DNA of 63,817 nucleotides, taken from NCBI GenBank assembly GCA_045837725.1, contig JBEWZL010000258.1, forward strand, positions 1-63,817, given 5' to 3'. Below, in pieces: positions 38,641-52,800 of the stretch; position 1 is the first letter of the stretch, and every line of letters starts with the position of its first letter. This DNA comes from Vermamoeba vermiformis (Eukaryota). Position numbers and translations under genes: made by a program. A model generated the notes under the pieces. The model made no database searches. It had not been told where the DNA came from and worked only from the letters and a program-made list of their open reading frames with translations.

Positions 38641-39197
38641 AAGATTGTTCGGTACGTATGCACGCGAGACTTACTTTTACGCTAACCCTTTGACAGTGGA
38701 TTAGGTGCTTGTGTTAGGCAGGATTTTCTTTAAAATTAATAACAATATATATGTATATTGCGGTGCTTTATTATCATAACTGGTACTGATGCTAAAGTGC
38801 ACATAATTTCATCTGATTCAGAAGACACGAAAATTGGAAATAGTCCCAAGTAAGCAGGGAATACCTTATCATTGTAGCGAATATTACTTTTGTTATTTTT
38901 AATTAAATAATTATTGACATCCTGTAAATAGATCAAGATCGAGATTGAAAAATGGAAGATCTTTCAGTTACTGCAAAATTGTTGACTAGTTCTACGATAG
39001 CAGTAAGTGTTATTGTGACCATTGCCTTGCGGATTGCCTGTTAACATCTTGTAATGCGGGCACACAAAGCAAGAATTTTCAGCCAATCATTGACTAGTGC
39101 AATACTAATAATAGACCAATCCGCACACTGCATTAAACTACGGAACTTTAATTAAATTTCTTTAGCTTAAGCTAATATTACTTCCGATTAGCGCAAG

Positions 39198-40859
39198 ATG
39201 GCAATGGCAGATAAAATCAAGAAGCGAGTTTTCGACATTATTCCAGCTGCATCCGGCGCAACTTCATTTGTCGGTCTAATTATCTATGCGGTACGTCATT
39301 ACTTCCTTTCGATTATGAACATCCAAACTAACGCTTTGTAACAACAGGCCTACGTGCATACCCCAGGGCCGATCTACAGATTCAACGCGTTTCTGGGCAT
39401 TTGGATGACGTGCCTCAGCTTATTTCTCGCTGTTCAGTGCTTCTATCTGACGCGCACAGTAATAACAAAGAAGCTCTACACGATTGGATTGGTCTACTTT
39501 AGCGCTGCCTTCGTGTTAACTTTGCTTCTCGTGATTCTTTTTACAATCAGTATGAACACCACTGGACTCGGATGGAGCTCGCTTATGGCTGCTATTAATA
39601 TATTCAACCTTGTCGTGTTATTTCGGAGATATGACATTTACAAGAAGCATATGAACAAGGAAGTCGAAGTTGACGACATCCACAAAGAACAAGTGACCAA
39701 GCTGAAAGCACTGATCATTATCGATTATATCTTCGCTATCCTGGCGTTGATTTTATTGGCGCTGCTCGTCAATGGCGCGTACAATGGAGCCTATGGTGTG
39801 TTTCGATATCCTCCGAGAGGTAAATTCATGACAATTACCTTGTCGGATGGTGAGCCGCAAACAATTCACTACATATGCGAGGGACCAACCAACTCCACCT
39901 ACAATACATTCTGGTTTGAAGTAGGTGGCGGCCACGTTGCGGCTGACTTTTACGGCATTCAACAACTGCTCACCGAACGCAATGTTCGCTCGTGTATTTA
40001 CGACAGACCAGGCATGGGCTGGTCAAGCTTGGCCCACACCACCAATCCATTCTGGTACAAAGAGATGTTACAAGCGAGCGGAGAACGAGCTCCTTTCATA
40101 ATGTGCGGTAAGTTGTTGGTTGCATAAGAACTTCCACCTCACCTTAATCATCGGCTTTAGGCTGGGCTGCTGGAGGACTCATCATGTTGAATGCGACAAT
40201 TCAATATCCTGACCTAGTAGCTGCTCTGGTGCTGATGGATGCATCGACAGCAACCGAAGTAGAGGCATATGCGTACAGTCATCAAGTCTCTGCTGAAGAA
40301 GCCGAACAATGGTACCGCAATGATATTGCGTCACGATTTGCATTATTTGATGCCATTAGAGGCTTTGGTACACCAGCAGGATTGATGCAGTACTTTTTGC
40401 CTTATAACCCGACAGATTACTTGCCGCAAAATCTGTACGACGAGTTTTACTGGTTCTCGCTGCAAGAGAATTTCGTAAGTTAACTGTGGAGTATAATCAA
40501 AGGTATTAACAAAAAAACTCTCTTAGTGGACAACCCAGTTCTTTGCCTTACAAGAACTGGCAAACAACCCACATACCTTCAACGAGGATGATTTTCCGCG
40601 ACAAGTTCCAATCGGAATTTTGTTGTCCCGAGAAAACGCCACACAAAGATGCTTAGATAATAATTACCAGATTGATAGCAACGAATGCCTCGTCATTAGA
40701 AGAGAGACGGAATTCTACGAAGCATCAAGACTGTCATATGTGAACAGAACTGACCACGCTACCGTCAAATATTGCGAGGGGTGCGACCTTGGCTTTCCCG
40801 TCAGGAAACCCCACTTTGTGGTTGATGCACTTATTGAAATATTTGGAATCGAAAATTGA
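39198..40859 (+). CDS. Multi-TM protein with alpha/beta-hydrolase-like domain lacking the catalytic Ser and His
   Basis: About 5 TM helices; YDRPGMGWS; nucleophile elbow reads GWAAGG; YPDLVAALVLMDAS. Confidence 0.75.
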
Positions 40860-41435
40860 AGTGCTAATTTTGAAGCATGGATAACCCTCCTTAAATAATC
40901 GCCTAAAGCAGAAAATAAAAACGGACCGTTCAAAATTGCGTTCTGCTCGGGTTGCTCGCGGTGCAAAGAGAAGAGCGAGGTCTTGCCACCACTTTGCTTG
41001 ATGTTAGTACCAAGCACGGGGTGTGCGGTCAATTCTAAGAAGATAGTGTCGGGACCAAAGACGACATTACGGCTTTCAAAATAAGTTGCGTGCTGATTGA
41101 TTTCAATTCCTAGGTGATTCCTTGACAGAGGATATGTCGCACGGCGAGGAAGGGATGATAACAAAAACACTGCAAGGTGCACTGGTTCATCTCGTGACCT
41201 ACAATTGGGGTCAGTATTTTGAAGTCAAATATCGTGTCAAAAGTTGTAAATAGACCTGAAAGACTCGAAACTTGTTTGCTTAGTGAGTTTGAATTGAGTG
41301 AGCGCAGTAGAAGCGGACCATTATCAACTATTGGTGACATCAAAGATTCGAAACGCAACTTGAATCAGATATTTTTTGGGTCCGTTCACAAAATCCATTT
41401 ATTTCGAATATTTATTCTACCACGTTACTACAACT

Positions 41436-42861
41436 ATGGTGCGGTGTATTATAATTACTGCATTACTTATCACTCTGGGTTGCATCGTGGTTGCAAAAGC
41501 AGGATGGCAACTAACATTCTCGGATGAGTTCAATGGCCAGACAATGCTAAATTCAAGCGCCTGGGTGACAGCATATTCTTTTGCACCCGTAACTATCAAT
41601 GACGAATTGCAATTCTACTCCCCTGGTGGGTTTACTTTCGGATCTGATTATTTACGGATTGTCGGAGAAAAAAAATCAATTAACGGCTTCAATTATCAAT
41701 CTGGAGTTATTACTACAAACGGAAGATTTGAACAAACGTTTGGATATTTTGAAATGCGTGCGCGTTGGATGTCTGGTCGTGGGTTGTGGCCTGCTTTCTG
41801 GCTTTTGGGACAATATGAAAATGGTGAATATTATTTTAAATAAGCGATCAAAACTCATTACCAATTTATTTAAATTTTAGATCTAACAAAAATTAATTAT
41901 CAGCTGGAGTGACCGAAATCGATATACTCGAGGCTTTGTTGCAAAATCCTGAAACAGCGTACATGACATACCACTGCAATAACAAGTCGGAATCAGCGGG
42001 AACCGATTACACTGGTGATGAGCTCGCCGACCAAAGCTGGCACACGTATAGCGTACAATGGAACCCTGATGTTATTATATGGTACATTGATGGCATACAG
42101 CGCTTCAACACATCCGTGTGTGTGCCCGACTACCCGATGTACATACTTGCCAATATGGCAATTGGCGGTAGTTGGCCTGGTCCTCCTAATGCGACGACGC
42201 CATTCCCAGCATACATGGACATTGATTACATTCGTGCGTACAAGTACGTTGCTTCAGGAGGTGTCAGTTTGGATGGTCCCGGCAATGGTCTGCCGTTCAC
42301 AATACCAACCTTGCCTTCGTTACCCGTAGTCACATTCGGTGGTCCTCCTGCAGTGACGCCTAATAACGCTGATCGAGGCGACAATGTGACCTTCATCTTC
42401 ACTTTCACTGTGAACGGAGATGGTTTGACAACACCGGTCATTGGACTGTACGTGCAAAGCTGGATGACCACGAACGGTACTTCAGTCATTTCCGACACGA
42501 TCAATTTGGACTCTTTGACGGCTGGTACTACGCGCACTGTAAGCTTCACGGAAAAAATTCCTGACACGCTCGAGGACGGCTATTACCGCGTTATCTTTGG
42601 CGTCTTTAACAATGGAGGCAGTGACGGAGCATTTTGGCAGGACTGTGTAGCGGAGTTGGGCATCAACAGCATTGTTGGCGGTCGAGGTAAGATCCACTCT
42701 AATATTGTCTGAATTACTCGATTAAGACTTCTTGTTCAGAAATGCCCATTGGATCTACTCCTAACGCTGAATCGAGTAGTCCTTCGTCGTCGAGCGAGGC
42801 TATCGCTGTAAAATTCGATTGTTTCTTGATTTTAGCTGTTTGGCTCAAACTGCTCTTGTAA
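41436..42861 (+). CDS. Secreted GH16 beta-glucanase with C-terminal Ig-like domain and GPI-like tail
   Basis: WQLTFSDEFNG, GYFEMRA, WPAFWLL, catalytic EIDILE, WYIDG, MDIDYIRAY. Confidence 0.9.
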
Positions 42862-43190
42862 GCAAACGAAATAGATTCTAACCCACTCTAATATTTTCGT
42901 CTCGTACAAGGTGAAACTTCAACGGCAAAAAAACCGGTGTTTTGAACAAATTCTAAATTTGGGCATTACCTTGTTTCTCCAGAGCGAGTTTAACTAGTTA
43001 AACTCTCCAGATTATATGTGATACCATTCTATATATGCATCCAGATTTTAAAATTAGTTCTTGCCTGGATTAGGAAATTAAGAAATTTCTTAATTTGTTG
43101 GTTTGACTGATCATACGTCAGTTGTTGAATCACAGACAAAAGGTTATTAATTTAAAATTCCACTTGCCGACACAACAAATCTCAAACCGG

Positions 43191-45022
43191 ATGTGGTGCT
43201 CAAGTACGTTTGTAACGCCCTAATCCATTGTTTTCATTACAAAGAAACTAATAATTCATACTTAGAGTTCTTATCGCTTTTGCTGCTTCTATCAGCATAT
43301 TTTGCCCTGACAACAGCTGAATTAATCGTTACTGATCCTTCTGCACTTGCTGGAACTTATGTGGCCTATCCAGTGATATACAAATACAACTTCCGTAACG
43401 AAACAATTGACGGCGAGATGGTGTTGTTTAACGCGACAGACGTGTTGGATAAGATCGTTCTAGTGCCTTACTATCGCAACATACTTGACACAAATCCGTG
43501 CACAGCAAAGTCGTGGAGCTCGAGCAGTTGTAATTAGCGTCACTCCTGGAGGTAAGTTTACTGCAGGACAGACTGCCATTTAGTCGTAAAGAGCGCAATG
43601 CTTATGGATTTACAAAATTTAATTCTTTTCGTTCAAGTACGCGATTTCAAAATTAACGCTACTTAGTCATCCCTGGCCAAGCTAATAATGTATTGGACGG
43701 AACTACTCAAGACGACATTACCTTGAGTGCCTGGCAGATTGGATCTGACACTTACGGAGCATTGTCGGCATTTCTTGCCACTCACCCGAATAGTAGCATT
43801 ACTGTGACAATTAATCCTGATGGTAAGCATTTTATCCAAGGCAGAGTAATAGACAGACCGTGCAAATTATGTAATTTATATTTTTCGATAACGTGATTGA
43901 CAAGATTACTGTCAGGTGTTAATCCTTGGCAATACATGTACGACACGTTTATGATCTTTTTTCAAGTATTTATCTCCCTATTCTGCGCCGTCAATCTCGC
44001 CTTGGCTATTTTTAGACTGGTGAAACACATCCGAGCTGACGGATGCAGACGCAGACTGCCTCAATCATGCTTGCAGCTCATTATTGTCGGCAATATATGT
44101 AAGCAAAATTTACTTAACCATTAGTAGAAACATACTAATGATTCACATTAGTCCGACTTTTACTGAACGCTGTCGATCCAAACTTTTCTCGTCCTATTTA
44201 TCCTTTGCCCTTAAAACATCTTCTTTGGACCTTTTCTTATCCATTCAGCTTAGCGGTAACTATATTAATCACGTTCTACTGGTACGTCCTCCTGTTCCGA
44301 TTAATTAAATTCAAATTTCATGTCTAATTATGGTAAAAATTTTTAAAGGCACGACGTCATGCACGGCATGTCACTCAACATTAATCAAATGCTTGGAAAG
44401 TTCAAAGTACCATTCTTTGTGGTCATTGCACTCTTGTTCGGCATCGAAATCGGCTGTGGCATCACCCGAGCCCTAATTACGGTGACAGGCATTCCCGTTA
44501 CAGCTATGATTACCACGACAACGTCATTTTATTCAGCTGTTTGTTTCAGCTTTGCAGTGTTTTTCTTCGTGACAGCGGGCAAATTAATTAAAGTCCTCGC
44601 GCAGAAAAATGACGACAAAAGCAAAAGACGCAACACACTTCGTAGAGTAAGTCGATGTGCCTCAATTAAATTTAAAGTCTTTTTAAACTTAGAATTGATA
44701 ATCGCCTTATTTGGAATATTTAAATCAAATTCAAACTCTAACCTCCCTGTATCAGATAACGACACGAATCGTTGTAATTGGTGGATGCCTGCTCGCTCAT
44801 ATTATCATCTTCAGCTTCATCGCCAACACAGCGCTGACGTTCAAACCAGTTCCGAATAGCATTCTGTGGTTTTTGTCATTTGCGGTGCTCTGCGTGCAAG
44901 ATCTGTTCCAAATTCTCGTCTTGGTGCCAAAAGCAACGAAGAAAACCTCTTCGAACTCTTCGAACAAAACTAGGGCAAACGAAATGACGAGCACTGTCAG
45001 CGGCACGACAATGACGGTTTAA
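43191..45022 (+). CDS. PA-domain multi-TM (GPCR-like) protein with an apparent frameshift at ~43488
   Basis: Signal peptide; DKIVLV then, in a shifted frame, QIRAQQSRGARAVVI; about 7 hydrophobic segments. Confidence 0.6.
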
Positions 45023-45071
45023 GCCTTGTAACATAATATTTAACATCGTAATAATAAAACCTAAACTGTAT

Positions 45072-45420
45072 TAGCTTTATTACTGGACAAGGCAAGTGGT
45101 GCTTCTGACGACTTCAGTATCATTCATGCATTGTCTGCCTGCTCTGGATCGACTCGCGTATTTGACCGAAGGTCTGTCTTTCATGACAATTGGTGAATAC
45201 TTACCGGTCGTAGCGATGGATCACTTTGCCAGCACGACAGCATTAAGTCCCTCAAAAATGGCTCGCAATCAGCGGGAATTGTTGGAATAAGACCTTCATC
45301 GCGGATGCTGTAGCCAACGCTCATTGGGTCGTCGTCAACGTTAGGCTCAGCGAGTGCCACAATTTCATAATCGACGATGCCAAAGGACCACACTTCTGAT
45401 TGACGGTCTGTAAGTGGAAG
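45072..45420 (-). pseudogene. Tyr-kinase-like C-lobe fragment
   Basis: SEVWSFGIV.YEI..LIPTIP..LMLSCWQSDPSLRP(SV); no N-lobe present. Confidence 0.65.
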
Positions 45421-45429
45421 TGCGCAGAG

Positions 45430-45695
45430 ATTCATCATTGTGCAAGTTATAGGCTTCGCTGTCGTTGCTAGCCCGCGCGTTCACATATCAAGGCATTACC
45501 ATAACGTGGTTAGTCATCTTCAACGCATTATGTGTGCGAGATTTGTTCCAGATTCTCGCGTTAGTAGCAAAACCAAAGAACGACTCTTCATTGACCCGCA
45601 AGTCAGCGGGTAGCGCGCACAAGATTCAACCAAAGACGACATCCTCGACGCACTCGCATTCTACAGGTGTGCAAGAGCCACAACCAAATGTATAA
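45430..45695 (+). pseudogene. Orphan last-exon fragment paralogous to the PA-7TM gene
   Basis: FNALCVRDLFQILALV matches FAVLCVQDLFQILVLV at ~44880-44925. Confidence 0.6.
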
Positions 45696-45813
45696 TAAGT
45701 ATATATTTGTTTGAGAAGCTACGGACGGAATTTTAGTTAATTTACATCAGTCTATGTACATTTATTTTACAGCTTTACATCAAAATTGACGTCAGTTTGG
45801 CACTACCGACGAT

Positions 45814-46721
45814 TTAATCGACTTCCATCGAGGGTTGAATAGATGTCGACTTGCGACACTTCGGACATCTGAATGAAGAGCTGTTGATGTCCTCATTCTG
45901 AACGCGCAAATACGAAGATAAGCACTCGGTGTGGAACACGTGACCGCATTGCAACACGCTAGTGCTGTGGTCTTCGCCGAGAACGCAATCATCATGCATA
46001 ATTCGTTGCATTTCACAAACGTGCTGGTGAGAGCCTTCGTGTGCCGGGTGTTGCTCCTGTGACGTGGCGGGAGCTGGTTGTTGCTGAACGACAGGCGGAA
46101 TTTCGACCTTTTGCTCGGGAATGTTACGTGAAGCCATTCTCTTTTTTCGCTCAGCCTCGAGCTCTGGATCTTCGACCTCTAATTCGTAGCGGCAAGTAGG
46201 GCAAGTGTTGTGTTGCTCGAGCCAAGGCACGATGCAGTCTTTGTGGTAGAGATGACCGCAAGGCAAGTTAGCCACGTTCTCGCCCTCGCTAAACTCGTCT
46301 TTGCAAACGGCGCATTCAGCTTTGTCTTCGACGTGCTTGGCCTGAATCTGGATCATTGGCAAATTTTCAACGACTTTTTTGGCGGTAGGTGGAGGGCCTT
46401 GGGGCTGATGTTGTTGGAATAATTGGTTAAGTAATTGATCGAACGAAGTCACGCCAGGCATTCTAAAAAGAATAAGAATTGTCAATTTCGGTCCGATCGA
46501 AAAAAATTGAATTTTCAAACTTACCCTCCATTTGGAACGAAGAACTGTTGGGGCATTGGGATACCGAAGAAAGGAAAATTAGGTATCGCACTAGCAGGTG
46601 CAGCTCCTTGTTGCTGGCCAGCCTGAGCAGGAATGAAAACTGGCGCGAAGTGGAACTCGATCCGAGTGACCGTAATCGGAATGCCTTGAAAACTTGGTTG
46701 TTGAGGGGTCGATGATGCCAT
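45814..46721 (-). CDS. RNF115/RNF126-like RING-H2 E3 ligase with a second RING-like domain
   Basis: CAVCKDEF..LPCGHLYHKDCIVPWLEQHNTCPTCR; second motif CGHVFHTECL..CPKCR. Confidence 0.85.
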
Positions 46722-47187
46722 CTTGTTAACCGCGTAGCTTGACAAACTGAAATGACGTCTTCGCGTTTTTTTATGATCTCGTTTTTCCAAGTTTCCGTCA
46801 GATCCAAACCGGTTTTCGCGTGAATTTACATAGAATTTCGCTGAAACTGAGAATGTCCTGCTGTCTGGACCAAGTCTTCGTCGTGTCACTGCCTAGTCAG
46901 TGCCAGTTCTGCTGAGTCAAAACTCATATCATCCAGAAAGCATCGCCAAGGACGGTCCTGACTGACATCCGGTACGTATTAACCAGTGATCACTTATGCA
47001 GTATCTAGGCCTATTGATGACTTACCAAGCTGTTGTTACCACAAAGGACATCGAAATACGTGCTTTCCGAGTTTGCTCCAGAATCTAAAGAAATTCAGTT
47101 AATTCTCAGCTCGTCATTATTCTTTTCCGTCTTCAACAGTCTACCACGAGTTAATTGCAACGAATAGTCTAACACAGCTGTACAATT

Positions 47188-49234
47188 ATGGATGTTCTTC
47201 AATTACCTCTGGAGCTTGTTAAGAACGGCGAAGTGGCTGCAAGCCTGAAAAAACAAGTGCTCGATCTCGTTTATCCACATCAAGACCACTCAAGGTTCAC
47301 CAAATTCCCAGGAGCCCAGCCTGCGGAGTTGTCTAGAAGTGAATTTGAACGACTCAGGCATGCGTCTTTAATATTTGATAAGAGGAATTAATATTTTAAT
47401 TTTCAAAATTTTAAATTCGATTTGCTTCAAGTGGTTTACAAGCTTAATACGCATATGAAAATAACTAAAATAGCGTATATAATATTACAATATTATTTAT
47501 ATGCTGCGTTTTCCGCAATTTGCCGTAAATTAAATAATTTGGAAAAAGAGTGGAATCTTTTATAATCCCGTTTCTCTTACCTCACAATAATAACGTTTCT
47601 TGCTCGTGGTATAGATCCGAAAAATATTGGGTCGCCGAGAAGTCAGACGGTGTTCGCGGCATGTTGCTGAGCACCGACCAAGGAATGTACTTGGTGGACC
47701 GCCGATTCGACTTCTACGCGGTGAGTTCACAACCAAGATTCATCCTGCCGGATGCTCGCAATATTGATAGGCCACAGCACCAGGTATCCATCGTTTTTTA
47801 GTCATTCTTGTTTGTTATTCTTTCGAATCCGTGTTGAAAAAGTCTCACTCACGCTTTCTTTTTCAAAGACGTTGCTTGACGGCGAAATGACTTACAACTT
47901 CCACTATAATAAATACTGCTTTATGGTGTTTGACGTCATCGCAATCTCAGGTGAAAGGTAACCCTAATTTCGATTATCATACTTTGGGTGGATCTTACCG
48001 ATCGTCTCAGCAAAATGGAAAACGCTCTCCCCAAGCGGCTGGAGGTTATTAGAGACGAAGTTGTACTTCCTTTCAGGAAAAGGTAAGGTTCTATGAGTTC
48101 TTAATCGTTGGTTGTTGGTACTAAAAGCTTTGTGTCTAGATACGATTCCAATCTCGCAAACGCTCCCTTCATCTTTTTGGGCAAAGAGTTTTTCCCATTC
48201 GAAAAAATTGCATACATTTTACAGCGCATTTCTTATTTTGCGCCCGACCCTGCCGCTGGTGAAACCTTCCCGAGGTACGTGCACAGGTGATCTTGATCTA
48301 GCTGTTGCATGTTTTGACATAACTTTTTTTTAGATATGTTTATCAAAGTGAGAAGCGATACAACGACAATGACGGTCTCATCTTCACACCTGAAAATCAA
48401 CCATTCAAAGCTGTTGGCTTGAACGGAATCTTCAAGTGGAAGTGGCCGAATCTGCAGACCGTCGACTTCCTGCTTCGTGTCGAAGAGCGCACCAACAAGT
48501 TTGGCAACATCTCTAAGGATTTTGTGCTTTACTTGCAAGGCAACGGTGGCTTGCTTATCAAATTCCAAAAAGCAAAATTCCCTAATGATATAAGAAAACG
48601 CATCTGGCGTATTCTCGAAGAGCGAGACTCGAAGGAGGTTAGTTTGTTTGAACGACACTATCTCATGATCGCCCTCTAATTGTGCTTGTAGGTCGTTGTT
48701 GAGCTTGCCTTCGACCCTAAGATGGGAGAGTGGAAGTACTACAAGGCTCGCACCGACAAAACCGACCCCAACTACGTTGTCATCGCCATGTTGACGCTGC
48801 AGTCAGCGGCCGAAAACATTACTAAAGAAGAGCTCATTCGGTTCGCTGAAGAGCTACGACAAGGTACTAGCCCTGGAGGCTATTCACGTCAGCACCCCAC
48901 TGGCGGTCACTTGAACGTTCCTGCACGCGGCGGCAACTACCGATCACCTTCAAGCACGCATCGTTCGCCGAATGAACAGCGTACTACTGAACGTAGTCCC
49001 GCCAGCGTAGTCAATGCTGGAACGCCCGCTTGGGACACCCTTGAAACCGTTGTGCCTTCAGAGCCAAGCGGTGAAGAGTCCCCGCAACAACTGTTCGGAC
49101 AAGTGACCGGCCACAAGCGAACGTACGATGAAGTTGAGACGTCTGAGCCTTCGAAGTGCTTGGAGGAACCTAAGGACGATCTCGAACACGCGGCCAAGCG
49201 CCCTAAGATCGACGTGAGCCCCATCGCTGAATAG
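47188..49234 (+). CDS. CEG1: mRNA capping enzyme, stand-alone guanylyltransferase
   Basis: FPGAQP, EKSDGVR, LLDGE, FDVI, DGLIFTP, KWK, RTDKTDPN. Confidence 0.9.
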
Positions 49235-49881
49235 ACCACGCGAGGCTCCATCGACCAAGGAGTCACGCAAATAGTAAGTTAACTGGGCAGAGAAAATTGA
49301 TATTTCTTGCCTTTGTTAACTTATAATAAGGCATACGCCGTTGAAGGCATCATAGACAAAACAAACAAAAATTGCAAAAGACAATAACCAACAAAGAAGC
49401 AAAAACGAAAAGACAGGCAAAAAATCTGTCGGCGAAATTAACTCTATTTATTTGTGTCGTTCGAAAGTACGATAGCAAACCGATGTAAATTAGAAACGGA
49501 TTGTAAATAAATCTGCTGCTGATTATCCGAACTTGGTGGGCACAACCTTCCTAATCCAACTCGAGATGCGACCGCATTTAGAAAATCAAAATACCCACAT
49601 AATAATTTCAAAAAATTTTAATATAATATAAGGCATGCATATTAGATAAAACGCGCTGTTTCGGCCAGGTAACTTATTTCAGTATTCTCTGATCTCAAGT
49701 CCTGTAACAATTCGAACGTAATAGCAATTTGATTAATAACAATATCAATATTATTATCATCGAATTTATCTTGCTCACACGTTCCTCAAATTTTGCGAGT
49801 GACATTCTAATTTTTATTTGTTTTAAACAGGTCTATTGAGATAGAATGAAGCGATAAGCAATCACACAGTTCTTCTTAATA

Positions 49882-52800
49882 ATGTCACGTAAAAAGGGAG
49901 CGAACTGGAACCTGACTAAAGGCGAGAAAAAGCAGCTGTCTCCACTAAAAGGAAAAGACAACGTCCACGTCCGATTGGACAAAATCCAACCCCAAAAAGG
50001 TGTTAGACAAACTGGCATTAATAGAGCTTGGAAATTAGAGAAGGAGTTGGTCGAGAAAACAGGTAAGATCTTGATCTTTTCAATTCTTTTGGATTATTAT
50101 TCTTTATAATAATTAATTTCGTCTTCGGTCATGCAATTAAATAATAATATAATAATATATCATATTTATGCAATCAAGCAAACGAATGGTTGTATTCTTT
50201 GTCGGATTCAATTTCGCTAAAGTCATTCAGGCCGAGGAACTCGCAACTGGACGAAGAAGCAAGTTAAAGAATTGCAAACAAAAGGCAAAGTATCCGGTTT
50301 TAAAGGGCATCACATAGTAAATGTCAAAAGCAATGCCGATCTGGCTGGAGATCCTCGCAATATTGTCTTTGTCTCGAAGAAAGAGCACGAACTAGTTCAC
50401 GGCAAAAACTTCAGAAACGACACGCAGGGTCGTGGCATCGATAGGAAGGCGATGATAAAGCAGCACGAAAGCACCGGTATAAAAAGACCTGTTGGTGAGA
50501 AGATAGCCGAGGCTGAAGCACGTGCACTGCAGCGTGTCAAATTACGACCGGAACAAGCACAACAACTCACGCAAAAGGTTGGAGACTTGGGTGCGCGTCT
50601 AAAACCTGGACTTGAAAAGGCGCAGAAGTTGGCAAAGTTTGCAGGAATAGCTGAGGACGTGAAAGAGTTTTGGGATGCAGAGGATAAGTAAGCACACTTT
50701 TTTTGTCTAACAGTAGATCTAATACTCAACAGAATAATGGCGGGAGCCAAAATTATCGGCAAGAGAGCTGGAGCGCGAGTTGGTGCTGTAATCGGAGGAA
50801 CAGTAGGAGCGCCTTTTGGCGGTGTAGGAGCGCCTATTGGCGCAGCAGCTGGCTATATTGGAGGTACGCGCAATTGTTCCCTGTGGCCACATTCGACTCA
50901 TTGTTTAATCAGGCGAATACGCTGGCGAGTACTTGGCCGAGAAAGGAGTAAATTTTGTCCGCAAGGTGAAGAACAAAGTGATGCAAGTCATTGGAGACGA
51001 AGCCCAAGGACCGCCACAAGAGGACAAACCCCTCGAGTTGGAGGTTGTTAAAAAAGTCGTTGTTTATTACTCGAGCGACGACGAGATAGCCTTGCCAGCA
51101 GCTGCATTTGATGACGAGTTTTCCGACGAGGCAAGTAATTGATAACCTGATTGTTATAGGCATTGTTCTGAGTGTTTTGATAGGACGTTCCACCTCCAAA
51201 GAAGGCGCCTCTGCCTCTGCCAGCAAAACCAAAGCAACCCAAAGAACCAGAGGTTGAGGAGGTTGAGGATGACGTTGCGCTCTCGGCTGAAGAAGACGTC
51301 GAAGACATTGAAGTCGAGATGGTAGAGGAGGACGCCGTTCTTGTCAACCAAGGCCAAGAAGAGATTGGGGAGGAGTTGACAGAAGAGGATGTCGAGGGTG
51401 TTAAGGCAATATTCAGCGAAGATCTCGAGCGTGATTTGTTCGATGTTGCCAACTTCGTAGTTGATAACTTTTTGCCGGACAACGACACAAAGAAGGTCGT
51501 GCAAGGTAGGGTTTAAATCTTACAAAGGGTTGGTGCGGACACTAATGGAGCTGTTAGGTGCGCTTGATTGCTATGCATTCGCCCGTGGTTACAAAGACAT
51601 CACAGATCCGCTGGCAGTAGCCGGAGCGCTTGTAAATTATTTGCCTCCAGAGCTTCAAAAGATTGCAAGCCCCGTGCTTAAGGGTGTACAAGCGGCCAAG
51701 ACAATGGCTGAAATGGCCGACAAGTTGCAAAACGGACTTGACGCCATTCAGCTTGCAGATGTTACCAACGTGCTCGGACTCGTTGCTTTGATCCCTGGCA
51801 TTCCTCCTGAAGTATCGGCTGTTATTGGTGTCCTCTCTGCAGCTGCTAAATTAGCTTCGCTCCTCGCAGCTGGAACTGCGCCGATTCTTCCAGTTGCACT
51901 CGCTGTGGCTAGTCTTCTTTTGGCTTTGCACAAGATGTTCGACCTATTTTCGGGTCTGGATCTTGGAGGCGGAGGAGGTGACGGCGATGGTGACGGCGAC
52001 GGCGACGGGGGTGACGATGATGGAGATGATGGTGACCAAGATCCTTCTGATGCGCAACCAGATGATGGTCAGCCTGACCCCACAGCGCAACCAGGTTTTG
52101 GCAACGCTCCGGGCAATGCTCCAGGCTATGGTCCTGGTGATGGGCAAGGAGAAGCTGCGGTTCAACAGCCTCCGCAAGGTCCAAACCGTCCGAATGCAAA
52201 TGAGCCTAGAAACCAACCGCCGAATAAGCAACAAGATAAGCAGGAGCAGAATCGAAACCAACCACAACAGTCTAAGGATAATCCGCCCTTGAACGATCGA
52301 AAAGCCAACCAAGACGGACAACAAAACCAAGCAAAACCCGAACAATCTCCCCAACATGATGATCCGTCTGAAAAGCCTGATGATGCAGGTCAGGAGCTTA
52401 GCGAAGACAACGCCCAAAACGAGCTTGAAAGAGAGCCCCGAGGAGGCGAGAAACAGCGCGATTTACCTCGCCGAAATATTGACCAGGAGAAGAACCTGCA
52501 CCAAAAGGAACAACCTGCCGGTAAACCTCAGCTCAAGAACGATTCCGAAGAGTTTGGTGAAGGCGAAGATATGGACCTTGCGGGCGATTCCGTTGATATG
52601 TCAGACGGCGAAGGAGAGTTCAGCAGTTCGGACGAGGACCTTGCAGGAGAACCTAAAGAGCAATTAGAAGAGCTGACAGGAGACTATGGCGGCTTTGAAG
52701 AGGCGCTAGAGGAGCGCAAAGGAGACTACGACGGCTCTGAAAATGGTTTGGAAGACATCGACGGATCCGAGTTGGCACCAATTGATGCCGCGGAGTTGGA

